Source of the DNA: Acidobacteriota bacterium
Lineage (GTDB): Bacteria; Acidobacteriota; Terriglobia; Bryobacterales; Bryobacteraceae
Length of the DNA: 54,425 nt
NCBI GenBank assembly: GCA_040007195.1
Contig: JBDTVQ010000001.1
Span: forward strand, 1-54,425
Reading direction: 5' to 3'
In this document: in pieces, positions 17,933 to 27,519 of the stretch
Layout: each line of letters starts with the position of its first letter
Numbering within the stretch: position 1 is the stretch's first letter
The notes under the pieces: generated by a model
What the model saw: only the letters and a program-made list of their open reading frames with translations
Database searches by the model: none
Told to the model about the DNA's origin: nothing
Translations under genes and position numbers: made by a program

Positions 17933-18411
17933 AGCATCGCGAAGCGCAGGGCCGCCGCTACGCGAGTGACAGGAGAGCCAGCATGCAGGATTGGTTTTAG
18001 ACGCGCCGCGATGTAGGACATCGCACTTGCCGCTTCCACGACCAGTGCGATAGCCCAAAGCAAAAGATTCTTGCTGCCGGCACTCGTTCTACTTGTGGCC
18101 GCGACCGCACGCGCCCGGGCCTCCAGACAAAGGTTGATCCGAAGGATTCGGCGGACCATCGCGGGCACGGCATGGGAGTGGCGCTGGATGACGCGGTTCT
18201 TCCGAAGGCGGTCTAAGTTTCCTTCCGCTAGAGTGTCTGGATCCTGACAGAATGCGACGTTGGCCCTCGCCGGAGGCCGCCGCGAAGATAGCGCTGCATT
18301 CATTACCGCCACCAGGCACGCATGGCTTGTCCCCGATTGTGTAGTGGTGCGACGTGATCCCGAAGTACGGGTATCGTCGCGTAGCTCAACAAGAGGCAAT
18401 CGGAGGAAACC

Positions 18412-21400
18412 ATGAGAAAACAATTTGGGATATTACTGTTGGCGTTTGGCGGAGTTGTATTTGGACAGAGCAATCTGACGAGCACACCGCCGAGAATTAC
18501 ACCGCAAGAGCGAGTGCAATTGAAGGCTCGACAGCCGCAGCGCATTGAGATCGCTCAACAATTCATGCAGGGCGAACAGACGCGACAACAATTGCAGGCC
18601 GGCACGGCATTTCAAGTGAAAACAGCCACTTTGGATGCAATCGGGGGATTGCACGTGCGGCTCGATCAGAAGTACAAAGGCGTTCGCATTCCGGGCGCGC
18701 AAGTGATCATTCATATGGACCGGAACGACGGCGTGAAGGGAATCACGGGGACACCCATACGCGACCTGTCGCTGGACACGAAACCGCAAGTGACCGAGAG
18801 CGAGGCAAAGGAGATCGTGAAGCTGGACTTCCTGCCGCGCGGCGGGGAGATGGACGCAGAAACAGAACTGGTGATCTATGTGCAGAACGATCCCGCCGCG
18901 GTGGAGCGCCAGACGGTGCGCAGCTCCGCGCTGGCCTGGAAGGTGATCGCCACGGCCGATGAGATGACCTCGATGTTCTACTACGTGGACGCCCATGCCG
19001 GCCGGATTCTATTGAAGGAGTCAGCCGAATACGCGGTTGAGTATTCCACAAAGAACGGTCAGGGCCAGTCGGGCCGGTTCACGTCGAACGTTTCGTTCTC
19101 CATTGCGCAGGCCGAACCTCCGCCGAATCCATACACGGGCCCTTACCGTCTGCTGGATCCTTCGCGCGGAAATAACAAAGTTGTCAACATGGAGCTCAAG
19201 GCGGCATCAAAAAACTATAGCGGCCTGCCGTATTGGAGCCCGGATACGCATTTTGGCGGTCCGGCTCACTTCAAATACGAGACGATGTCCACCTGGGGTC
19301 CGGAAGGGGTCGGGTCGGGCGTGGATGCGGCTGTCGGGATGCAGCGATTGTGGAACCTTCTGGGAAACGTCTTTGGACAGGACGGGATTGATGGCAACGG
19401 CAAGGGGATGGTGGCGCGGGTTCACATGAGGAAGAAGACGGGCGAACCGTACACCGATGCGCATTGGGACGGGACGTACGGCAATTTCGGTGACAGGAAA
19501 ACCAGCAGCCGCACCGATTTGCTCACTGTCGGCCACGAGTTTGGACACGCGCTCTATCAATACATGTTGGGCGAGGATCACTTCAGCGGCGAGGCTAGTG
19601 GCCTTAATGAAGGCCACGGCGACATAGCGGGAACGCTCGTGAATATCTACCACAAGGAGATGAACGGTTCAGGAAGCCAGCTTCCCACGGACGTGCCTTT
19701 AAGCCTCATCAAGGACCGTAGCGTCAATCCGCTCGGATACTCAGCGGGCGGTCAGGTTGGGATGCAGTATTACGTGCAATACATGGGTCTGCGTGAAGTG
19801 CACACGGTGGGCTGCGCCTACGGCCATGCGTGGGTCTTTCTAGCTCTGGGCGCGACTCCGTCCTTTGGCGATGCAATGTACAGCGAGATGTTACCGGGCG
19901 GCATGGTGGGAATTGGAATCCACAAAGCGGCTGAAATCTGGTACCTGGCGCTCACGGGGTACATGGATTCGTCGCCTACTTTTTCCGAGGTGCGCGCGGC
20001 GTACATCGACGCGGCAACGGATTTGTATGGGGCGAACTCGGCGGAAGTGAAGGCTGTGCAGAACGCGTTCTTCGGAATCAAGGTGGGAGGCGGCGCGGCC
20101 GACGTGTCGAATCCAACGGCGAGCCTGAGCAACCCAGTGATCAACGAGAGCGAACAAAGCGCGTTTGTATCGATGTCCGCGGGCGACGACGTCGGCGTGA
20201 TGACGATGGAATTGCGGCTGGACGGCGTGCAGGTGAAAAAAGTGTTTGGACCCGGACCGAAATCCTGGTACGGCTACGTGAGCCTGGAGGGCCTGGGCAT
20301 CGGCACGCACACGCTGCAAGTCAAGGCGACCGATGCCGCAGGCAAGCACACCGAGACGGTGAAGCAGTTTACGTTGACTGGACGGAACCGGCTGATCAAA
20401 AACGGGACGTTCGAAGCCGGGGTGACGAACTGGGCGCGGTCGTCGGATGCGATCTTCCAGTCCAACAATGAAGCCTCGTTCCTGGATTCGGGATACGCCA
20501 TGTTCGGAGTGCCGGGCCAATGGATCCGGCAGACCGTGACGATTCCGGCATCGGCCAACGCGGCGACGCTGAGTTATCGCATACGGTCGGAAAAATATCC
20601 GAGCGTATTTCCCTCGGAGCAGTTGCGCGTGGAGGTGCTGAACAACAGCGGCGTATTGCTCGATGTGCTCGGCACTCACACGAATTTGACGCCGCTGGGC
20701 GATGCTCCCAGCAATGGCTACGCTCACTTCAGCTACGGCCTGGCGGCTTACGCGGGGCAGACGATTCAACTCCGCTTCCTCTGCGTGGCGGCCATGCCGG
20801 CGCGGTTCAAGCTGGATAACGTAAGCCTGGTGTGGAGCGGTCCAGTGGATGCAACGCTCGACGTGGATGTGGACGAAGCCGAAGGATCGGTGATCTTCCA
20901 GGTGAACGACATCGTAAACATTCCGGCGGACCAGATTAAGCAGGTCAGGCTGCTGATCAACGGGGCATCGGTGCACGTGTGGACGTCGCCGCCCTATATC
21001 CTGGCGATTTCAACTAACGGGCTGGTGAAGAACGCTAACTCGACGGTGAAGGCGGAGATCCGGAACATCAATAACACCGTGGTAGGAACGACGGAGGAAT
21101 CGAACTTCATCATTCACGACGTGACTAACTTACTCAAGAGCCCCGATTTCGAGGTCAACCCAAGTACCCATTGGGGACGCACCGGAGGCACGACATTCGG
21201 GATCGACGGAGGCGAGGCGATGCTCAACTTCGGGTTCCTTGGTACACGGTACGTCTATATGAATGGATCGCCGAGTACGACGCAAACCCTGATGCAGCAG
21301 GTGTACCTGCCAGGCGACGCGGACAATATCACGCTGGGTTTCCGGCTGAAGATCGCCTCACCGCAAATGGACGTCAACGATCTTTTCATGGTGCGGATCT

Positions 21401-21636
21401 TGAACACAAACGACCAAGTGATCGCGTTGCCGCTGGCGCTGCCGGCCATCGTGAATACATATCAGCCGGGCAACCCGAATGGCTATATGAAAATCAAGCT
21501 GAACCTGACCAACTTGAAGGGACAGATGGTGCGGATTGAGTTCCGTTCCATCCATGTGGGGCCGAAGCCCACCACGTTCTACATCGACAACACGAGCCTG
21601 GTGGCGAAGAAGATGGGCCTGGCATTCGGCAACTAG
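18412..21636 (+). CDS. Secreted M4 (thermolysin-like) zinc metalloprotease with a long C-terminal (Ig-like + jelly-roll) x2 extension
   Basis: A signal peptide and propeptide region are followed by HEFGH (VGHEFGHALYQY) and GLNEGHGDIAG (third zinc ligand Glu). Two repeated modules follow, each ending in a pattern like ...IQLRFLCVAA..FKLDNVSLV / ...VRIEFRSIHVG..FYIDNTSLV. Confidence 0.85.
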   Translation: MRKQFGILLLAFGGVVFGQSNLTSTPPRITPQERVQLKARQPQRIEIAQQFMQGEQTRQQLQAGTAFQVKTATLDAIGGLHVRLDQKYKGVRIPGAQVIIHMDRNDGVKGITGTPIRDLSLDTKPQVTESEAKEIVKLDFLPRGGEMDAETELVIYVQNDPAAVERQTVRSSALAWKVIATADEMTSMFYYVDAHAGRILLKESAEYAVEYSTKNGQGQSGRFTSNVSFSIAQAEPPPNPYTGPYRLLDPSRGNNKVVNMELKAASKNYSGLPYWSPDTHFGGPAHFKYETMSTWGPEGVGSGVDAAVGMQRLWNLLGNVFGQDGIDGNGKGMVARVHMRKKTGEPYTDAHWDGTYGNFGDRKTSSRTDLLTVGHEFGHALYQYMLGEDHFSGEASGLNEGHGDIAGTLVNIYHKEMNGSGSQLPTDVPLSLIKDRSVNPLGYSAGGQVGMQYYVQYMGLREVHTVGCAYGHAWVFLALGATPSFGDAMYSEMLPGGMVGIGIHKAAEIWYLALTGYMDSSPTFSEVRAAYIDAATDLYGANSAEVKAVQNAFFGIKVGGGAADVSNPTASLSNPVINESEQSAFVSMSAGDDVGVMTMELRLDGVQVKKVFGPGPKSWYGYVSLEGLGIGTHTLQVKATDAAGKHTETVKQFTLTGRNRLIKNGTFEAGVTNWARSSDAIFQSNNEASFLDSGYAMFGVPGQWIRQTVTIPASANAATLSYRIRSEKYPSVFPSEQLRVEVLNNSGVLLDVLGTHTNLTPLGDAPSNGYAHFSYGLAAYAGQTIQLRFLCVAAMPARFKLDNVSLVWSGPVDATLDVDVDEAEGSVIFQVNDIVNIPADQIKQVRLLINGASVHVWTSPPYILAISTNGLVKNANSTVKAEIRNINNTVVGTTEESNFIIHDVTNLLKSPDFEVNPSTHWGRTGGTTFGIDGGEAMLNFGFLGTRYVYMNGSPSTTQTLMQQVYLPGDADNITLGFRLKIASPQMDVNDLFMVRILNTNDQVIALPLALPAIVNTYQPGNPNGYMKIKLNLTNLKGQMVRIEFRSIHVGPKPTTFYIDNTSLVAKKMGLAFGN

Positions 21637-21661
21637 CGCAACGCTTGCAGATGTTGGTGCG

Positions 21662-21696
21662 CAATCCGGCTGGGCATGGGCCCGGCCGGATTTTTT
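21662..21696 (+). terminator. Rho-independent terminator after the M4 protease gene
   Basis: An 8-bp stem AATCCGGC/GCCGGATT with a 14-nt loop is followed by TTTTT. It lies in the convergent gap between 21636 and 21754. Confidence 0.7.
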
Positions 21697-21753
21697 ATTG
21701 GAGGGGGACTTGGAATGGACTGACAGGAGCTGGTAGCGGAGGCGGGGCCGCCA

Positions 21754-24156
21754 TCAAAGAGCAACGGACGCACGATTGTAGAGACGCACTTCGTAGATCC
21801 GAGCCGACGGAGCGCCGTTGGTTTCGTGGATCTCGATTCGCACCTTGTCTGTTCTGACGGGGCTGAACGAGAGAACACGACGCCGCATGTAATTGGCCGT
21901 TTCGCCCGCGACGCGCTTCCATGCTCCGCGCTCCTCCACCATGACGTCGTATCGCTTCACACTGTTGGGATAGACGAACAGGGCACTTCGCGCGTGGCGG
22001 TTGATATCGGTGTCGAAGGTGACTTGGATGGTGTCGATTGTCTTCGCTTCCGGTAATCGCAATTCCAGCCAGGCGGGCAAGGGGAGGTTGGGGTCGGACG
22101 CGTACAGGTTTGTCCAACGATCGGGGCGATTTGTTCCGCGAACGGCATTCTCCGGCCCGTATGGCAGCTGGTCAGGATGGATGCGCATGCTCAGGCAGCA
22201 GCTGCCGGTGAGAGGATGCCACAGTGCGGTACCGGGAAGTTCGGCTGCCGTGCAGCCGACGGGCGAACGGTCCGGTTGCTCGACAGTATCGGTAAACAGA
22301 GACCAGGCAATCCCTTCCGCCGGAGGCAGGTGGATGTAATAAAGCCGCATGGGATCGACGCGCTGATCGAAGGGAAAGCGCACATAACCCTTGAAGCGCG
22401 GAGGAATCGTTGCCGCAGCATGAGCGATGTCGCGATCTGAGCGGAAGTCATACACGAATTCCGCCTGCCTGAGGCCGGCCGTAAGGGTGACGGCATCATC
22501 GCGTTGCGATTCGAGCAGAAGTTCGATCGATTCGATGCGGTTGCTGGAAACGGGAAACAGTTGCGCCAGCGGCAACTGGAGCGGCTTGGCGCGAATTCCT
22601 TCCGGGAAGATCAGTTTCGCCGAACTGCCGGCGGTGATGGTGGCGTGGCGGGCAAAATCGGCCTCATCCTCGTTGACCGCGCCGGGCAGGAATGCATCCT
22701 CGCGCATGAGCACTTGGCGCAATTCGGAGGCGTGGCTTGCGGCCAGTTCGCGGGGCTGGCATTTGTGTTTCGCACATAACGCCGCGGCGATGCCGACGCC
22801 CTGGCCGACGATCGCGCCCGTCCGCAATACCCGTGTGGAGGAGAAAGCGATATAGCTCGTGCTGATTGGCCGTCCGGCCATCAACATGTTATGAACATTG
22901 CGGGAGTAGCAAGATCGTAGAGGAATTCCGTAGGGAATCGTGCCTCGATTCTCCCAGGGCGGCGTGGCATTGGGCTGATTGCGGGCGAGAATTCCGCCGG
23001 GCTTGTGCACATCGATGAACCAGCAGCCGAAGGCGATGGTGTCGTTGTGGATCGCGGGATTCTTGCAGTCCTTTTGCGTGAGGATGTAATCGCCCATGAG
23101 GCGCCGCGCCTCGCGCCGGTATGGCCAGAAGCCGACGAAGTCTAAACCGAAGTTGCGCGCCTTGTCTTTATTCACGCAGTGGTTCTTGATGTGGTCCCAC
23201 ACACCGAGTAATTGCGCCAGAGCCTGGTGCCTGATCGCTTCGTTGTCGTGAATCTGGTTGTGCGGCAGTCCCACTTCGATCCACCAATAGCCGCAGTCGA
23301 TGCGCTGGTGACTGCGCCCGGCGAGATCGCCTTCGGTGAGAAACTTCGGGGCCCAGGAAGGAGCTTCGAAGGGCACCGGAACACCGGCATCCCGCGCGCG
23401 AAAGTACAGAGTGCTTCCCATCTGGGGTTGGCTGGCTGCCTGCGGCGGAGCTTCCGATTCGCCGAATTCATTTGCCGCCTCCATCCCCCAGCGGAACTCG
23501 GCGCCGGCGCGGTAACCGAGCGCTCCATTTCCAGTGGCGTCCACGAACAGCGGTGCGGATAAAACAAACTTCCGATCCGTACCCATTTGGTTGCCGTGGA
23601 TGGCCAGAATGGTTGCCGGGTCCTTCATTTCCACTTCCGTCACGCTGGTGTTGAGAAACAGGGTCAGGTTCTTCTCGCGCATCACCCATTCATAGAGCAC
23701 GAGATCCCATACGGAATTCATCAAGCCTTCGACGTAGGGCTCGTGATTGCGCCGCCGCTCTTCGACGTGCAACTCGTCGAGGATGCCGGTTTCCTTGCAC
23801 CAGACATTGTGATTCGTACTGATTTCCGGATAGAGGCGCACCTCGCTCGATGAATTGCCGCCGAGCATCGACCGTTCGTGCACGAGCGCGGTGCGTGCGC
23901 CCTCGCGCGCCGCGGCGATGGCAGCGCACGTTCCCGAAATGCCTCCACCCACGACGACTAAGTCGAAAGGCTGGCGGAGCACCTCTTCCTTACCCGGCAA
24001 GATGTAGCCGCCCACCAGCCCCTGTTGGCTGCCTTCCGGCGCTGCAGCGGGCACCGCAGCAGGCACCATAGCTGCGTTTGCGGAGGAAGCGCTGAGTTGC
24101 GTGCCGCCCAGCCAGCCCAGCAGCGTGTCCAGCAATGTACGGCGTTTCAACTGCAT
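21754..24156 (-). CDS. FAD-dependent oxidoreductase (FAD_oxidored type) with Tat signal and C-terminal discoidin/F5-8-type-C-like domain
   Basis: The leader is MQLKRRTLLDTLL. The dinucleotide fold is FDLVVVGGGISGTCAAIAAAREGARTALVHERSMLGGNSSSEV. The C-terminus reads ...VRIEIHETNGAPSARIYEVRLYN. The start was set at ATG 24156, which has an AGGA upstream. Confidence 0.8.
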   Translation of the reverse strand: MQLKRRTLLDTLLGWLGGTQLSASSANAAMVPAAVPAAAPEGSQQGLVGGYILPGKEEVLRQPFDLVVVGGGISGTCAAIAAAREGARTALVHERSMLGGNSSSEVRLYPEISTNHNVWCKETGILDELHVEERRRNHEPYVEGLMNSVWDLVLYEWVMREKNLTLFLNTSVTEVEMKDPATILAIHGNQMGTDRKFVLSAPLFVDATGNGALGYRAGAEFRWGMEAANEFGESEAPPQAASQPQMGSTLYFRARDAGVPVPFEAPSWAPKFLTEGDLAGRSHQRIDCGYWWIEVGLPHNQIHDNEAIRHQALAQLLGVWDHIKNHCVNKDKARNFGLDFVGFWPYRREARRLMGDYILTQKDCKNPAIHNDTIAFGCWFIDVHKPGGILARNQPNATPPWENRGTIPYGIPLRSCYSRNVHNMLMAGRPISTSYIAFSSTRVLRTGAIVGQGVGIAAALCAKHKCQPRELAASHASELRQVLMREDAFLPGAVNEDEADFARHATITAGSSAKLIFPEGIRAKPLQLPLAQLFPVSSNRIESIELLLESQRDDAVTLTAGLRQAEFVYDFRSDRDIAHAAATIPPRFKGYVRFPFDQRVDPMRLYYIHLPPAEGIAWSLFTDTVEQPDRSPVGCTAAELPGTALWHPLTGSCCLSMRIHPDQLPYGPENAVRGTNRPDRWTNLYASDPNLPLPAWLELRLPEAKTIDTIQVTFDTDINRHARSALFVYPNSVKRYDVMVEERGAWKRVAGETANYMRRRVLSFSPVRTDKVRIEIHETNGAPSARIYEVRLYNRASVAL

Positions 24157-24266
24157 GAGAGGAATCCTTCCGTGCGCCTGGCCGGCCGGTTTGGCAATGC
24201 CCGTTACCGGCGGCAGTAAGTCACCCACTTATTGAGTGCGTCAACTTTAGTGCATCAGCCCCAAAG

Positions 24267-25049
24267 CTAACCGCCCAGTGCTCTCGACATTTCGGCAGCG
24301 GCGCGGCGAATCACCACCGGCAGGGCCGTCTCCATGGCCTCTGTGAACCGCAATTTTGGCGTGGAAACGCTGACTGCCGCCACCACTGCATCCTTGCCGG
24401 CAAACACTGGAGCGCCGATGCAGATTCCGCCTTCTACAGTTTCCTCGCGGTCGAAGGCGTATCCGTTGTTGCGCACGTCGGCCAATTCCGCGCGAATCGC
24501 CAGCGGTCCGGTTATCGTCTTCCGGGTAAGCGGGTAGACGCCGTATACGTCGAGCAGCCGCTGAATCCGTGCGTCTGTCTGGAAGGCCGTGATTGCCTTT
24601 CCGAGCGAACTGGCATAGGGCTGGATGACTCGCCCTGGATAGTTTGACATTCGAATATGCTGATTACTCTCAAGCACGTCCGCGATTCGTATGTAGTCGG
24701 TTTCCAGAATGGCCAGCGAAACCGTTTCCCCCAGTTCGCTGTGCAGGCTTTTCATCACCGGCTGCGCGGCCTCTTTTAGCCTGCCGAGCAGGGTGCGCTG
24801 CGAAAGGGCGGGCCAGTCGCCAAGCAACTCATACTTATCCTTGTCGTCGTCATTACGAACGATGTAGCCTTTGGCTGCCAAGGTTCGCAGCAATCGCAGC
24901 GTGGAGGCCTTGCCGAGGTGAATTCGTTCGGCAACTTCGGCTAGACTCATCGCCGATCCGTGCGCGGCGATGAGTTCCAAAATGTCCAGGCCCTTATCTA
25001 ACGCTCGGGATGAAGTCGCATCGGCCCCGATACTTGAAGTCGCAGCCAT
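24267..25049 (-). CDS. IclR family transcriptional regulator
   Basis: A winged HTH (LDKGLDILELIAAHGSAMSLAEVAERIHLGKASTLRLLRTLAAKGYI) is followed by an IclR effector domain. Confidence 0.9.
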   Translation of the reverse strand: MAATSSIGADATSSRALDKGLDILELIAAHGSAMSLAEVAERIHLGKASTLRLLRTLAAKGYIVRNDDDKDKYELLGDWPALSQRTLLGRLKEAAQPVMKSLHSELGETVSLAILETDYIRIADVLESNQHIRMSNYPGRVIQPYASSLGKAITAFQTDARIQRLLDVYGVYPLTRKTITGPLAIRAELADVRNNGYAFDREETVEGGICIGAPVFAGKDAVVAAVSVSTPKLRFTEAMETALPVVIRRAAAEMSRALGG

Positions 25050-25398
25050 TGTTTCAGGATCTAGCTTGCCATTTCATTAAGTGAGATGCAATTGAATATT
25101 TCAAGTGAAAATAGCGGCACGTATTGCGAAAAGTAGCTTAACGGTCGCCTAAGGGGCCATTTACTTTCCGTTCCGGGTGATCTGGCGTACAACGTACAAC
25201 CGCACAGGCTCTGGCAAACTAGCTGTATTTTGAGTTAAACCTCTTGGAAAGAGCACTATAGCCATGTGATTTTATTTTTTGGACGATCATTTCACTTTTT
25301 TCTTGTACGTGACGATTGCGTGTAGTAGCATCGGCTCTAGAAAAAAAGAGCACCCGAGCTCCCTTCGGTGCTGCCTTGTTGCGCTCCAGACCGCGACC

Positions 25399-27447
25399 AT
25401 GATTCGTTCGTGCCTAGTTTCGCTTGTACTCGCTGGCATATCCCTGGCGGCCGCCCAAATTCCAGATGGCGGCAGCTTCACCAATTCCATTGGAATGCAC
25501 CTGCGCCGGGTGGCCCCAGGCAGCTTCGCCATGGGCGTGGAAGACAAGGCCTTACCGAAGGAGTTGCCACCCATTCCGCACCTTCAATATGGAGACTTCG
25601 ACGAGCGCCCGCTGCATACAGTTCGAATTTCCAAGCCATTCTTCATCGCCGCGTTTGAAGTTACGAACGCGCAATACGAACAGTTCGATCCGGCGCACCG
25701 CAGTTTGCGCGGCAAGTTGGGATTTTCCAAGGCGGACGATGAAGCTGTCGTCTTTGTGAACTGGAACGACGCTGTACGCTTTTGCCGGTGGCTCTCGGAG
25801 AAGGAAAAGCGTCCGTACCGGCTGCCGACAGAAGCTGAATGGGAATATTCGGCCCGTGCCGGTTCCAACACTCCTTTCTTCACGGGCGCGACGCTTCCGG
25901 ATTCGATGCTCAAGCATGCGGTCCGCAGTTGGTATCCCGACCCAGGGCGAAGTAAGAACGACGAGGTGGTTCCGCTGTTCGTCGGAAAGACCCCGCCGAA
26001 TCCCTGGGGCCTTTATGACATGCACGGCAACGTGGAGGAGTGGGTACATGACTGGTATGGCCCATACATCCACACTCCGCAGGTAGATCCGGTGGGGCGC
26101 GTCAGCGGAGATTTCCGGGTGACTCGAGGAGGCAGCCACTCGACCGAGCCGTACTATCTGCGGTCCGCGAATCGAATGGGCATGCTGCCCGACGATTCCC
26201 AATGGCTTACCGGGTTCCGTGTTGTGCTCGGGGAAATGCCGGCCACGAAGCCGCTTCCGGCCATGCCGCCCGAGCGCTACCAACTCAACGTCAGGCAGCA
26301 GCCGCCGGCCAATTTGGGCAAGGGGCCGGACCCGTCGAAGCCTTACTTCAAAGGACCGCGGATGTTCGTAAAAATCGCTCCCGGCTCTCACGGACCTCTG
26401 TTCTTCGATCACAACCACGACACCGCGCTTGCCGCCTGTCCCAATGGCGATCTCCTGGCCGTATGGTTCTCGTGCGTGGAGGAGGCGGGCCGCGAAATGA
26501 CCGTTGCCGTGAGCCGCCTGCGTTATGGGAGCGAGGAATGGGAGCCGGCTTCGCCTTTCTGGGATGTGCCGGACCGCAACGATTCTGCGCCCGCCCTTTG
26601 GTTTGATGGAGACCGCACGCTCTACCACTTCAATGCGATGGGCGCGGCGGCCACGTGGGGCAATCCAGCCATCATCGTGCGCACCTCAACCGATAACGGC
26701 GTGACGTGGTCTGCCGCGCGTTTTGTCGCCACGGAGCATGGACCGCGCAACATGCCGGTTCAATCGGTTATCCGGACCAGGGAGGGATTCATCCTGGTGC
26801 CGGCCGACGCCCCGAGCGGGATCGAAGAAAAGGGCAGTGCGCTGCACATCAGCCGCGACAATGGGCGCACGTGGGCCGATGCGGGCGGAACGATTGCGGG
26901 CATTCACGCGGGAGTCGTTCAACTTAAGGACGGGAAATTGCTGGCATTCGGGCGCGGGGCGGATGTCGATGGCCACATGCCGCAGAGTGTCTCCGCCGAC
27001 ATGGGCAAGACCTGGACCACGACAGCAAGCCCGTTTCCGCCGATCGGCGGCGGGCAGCGCCATGTCGTGCTGCGGCTCAAGGAAGGTCCGATTTTCCTGG
27101 CATCGTTCGCCAAGGATATGCCGATGGCCGGCGGCGGCGCGGAACGCCGGGTAACGGGTATCTTCGGTGCAGTTTCTTTTGATGAGGGCCGAACCTGGCC
27201 CGTCATGCGCGTGATCACGGATGATCTTCCAGATCACATCGTCCGCACGATGGATGCGGCGCCGTTCCGGTTTGGTCCGCGTGAGGTACAGCACATTGTG
27301 ATGAGCCCCAACAGTTCAGAGGTCCGCGGATATATGTCCGTGTGCCAGACCGCCGACGGCGTAATTCAACTGATTTCCAGCCGTCAGCACTATGCGTTCA
27401 ATCTGGCGTGGCTGAAAGCCAGATCGGATGGAGGATCCAATGAATAA
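25399..27447 (+). CDS. Fusion protein: FGE/SUMF1-like domain (lacking the catalytic cysteines) + BNR/sialidase-fold propeller
   Basis: A signal peptide (MIRSCLVSLVLAGISLAAAQ) is followed by the FGE-fold motifs YRLPTEAEWEYSARAGS, WGLYDMHGNVEEWVHDWYG and RVTRGGSHSTEPYYLRSANR. Four Asp-box repeats follow: STDNGVTWS, SRDNGRTWA, SADMGKTWT, SFDEGRTWP. Confidence 0.8.
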   Translation: MIRSCLVSLVLAGISLAAAQIPDGGSFTNSIGMHLRRVAPGSFAMGVEDKALPKELPPIPHLQYGDFDERPLHTVRISKPFFIAAFEVTNAQYEQFDPAHRSLRGKLGFSKADDEAVVFVNWNDAVRFCRWLSEKEKRPYRLPTEAEWEYSARAGSNTPFFTGATLPDSMLKHAVRSWYPDPGRSKNDEVVPLFVGKTPPNPWGLYDMHGNVEEWVHDWYGPYIHTPQVDPVGRVSGDFRVTRGGSHSTEPYYLRSANRMGMLPDDSQWLTGFRVVLGEMPATKPLPAMPPERYQLNVRQQPPANLGKGPDPSKPYFKGPRMFVKIAPGSHGPLFFDHNHDTALAACPNGDLLAVWFSCVEEAGREMTVAVSRLRYGSEEWEPASPFWDVPDRNDSAPALWFDGDRTLYHFNAMGAAATWGNPAIIVRTSTDNGVTWSAARFVATEHGPRNMPVQSVIRTREGFILVPADAPSGIEEKGSALHISRDNGRTWADAGGTIAGIHAGVVQLKDGKLLAFGRGADVDGHMPQSVSADMGKTWTTTASPFPPIGGGQRHVVLRLKEGPIFLASFAKDMPMAGGGAERRVTGIFGAVSFDEGRTWPVMRVITDDLPDHIVRTMDAAPFRFGPREVQHIVMSPNSSEVRGYMSVCQTADGVIQLISSRQHYAFNLAWLKARSDGGSNE

Positions 27448-27519
27448 TTTTCGACCGGGACCCGAGGGGCCATTTGGCCCAGCAACACACCCACTTACTA
27501 ATTGCCACCTGGAGGTAGT

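Noticed and set aside
17929-18423. A 164-aa minus-strand ORF in the gap between the ThuA-like and M4 protease genes
   Set aside because: It has no motifs, poor Arg/Ser/Ala-rich composition and no convincing RBS, and it overlaps the protease start region. The gap is more likely the protease promoter and leader. A short membrane peptide at its 3' end cannot be excluded.
25187-25200. The tandem heptamer GTACAACGTACAAC and nearby AT-rich tract in the IclR/FGE-fusion intergenic region as a regulator binding site
   Set aside because: There are only two short repeat units and no second half-site or symmetry, which is too weak to call without comparative data.
25399-26300. The FGE-like domain as the maturase of the operon sulfatase
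   Set aside because: The segment after RGGS reads SHSTEPYYLRSANR, without the two cysteines that form the FGE active site. The protein also carries a signal peptide and a propeller fusion.
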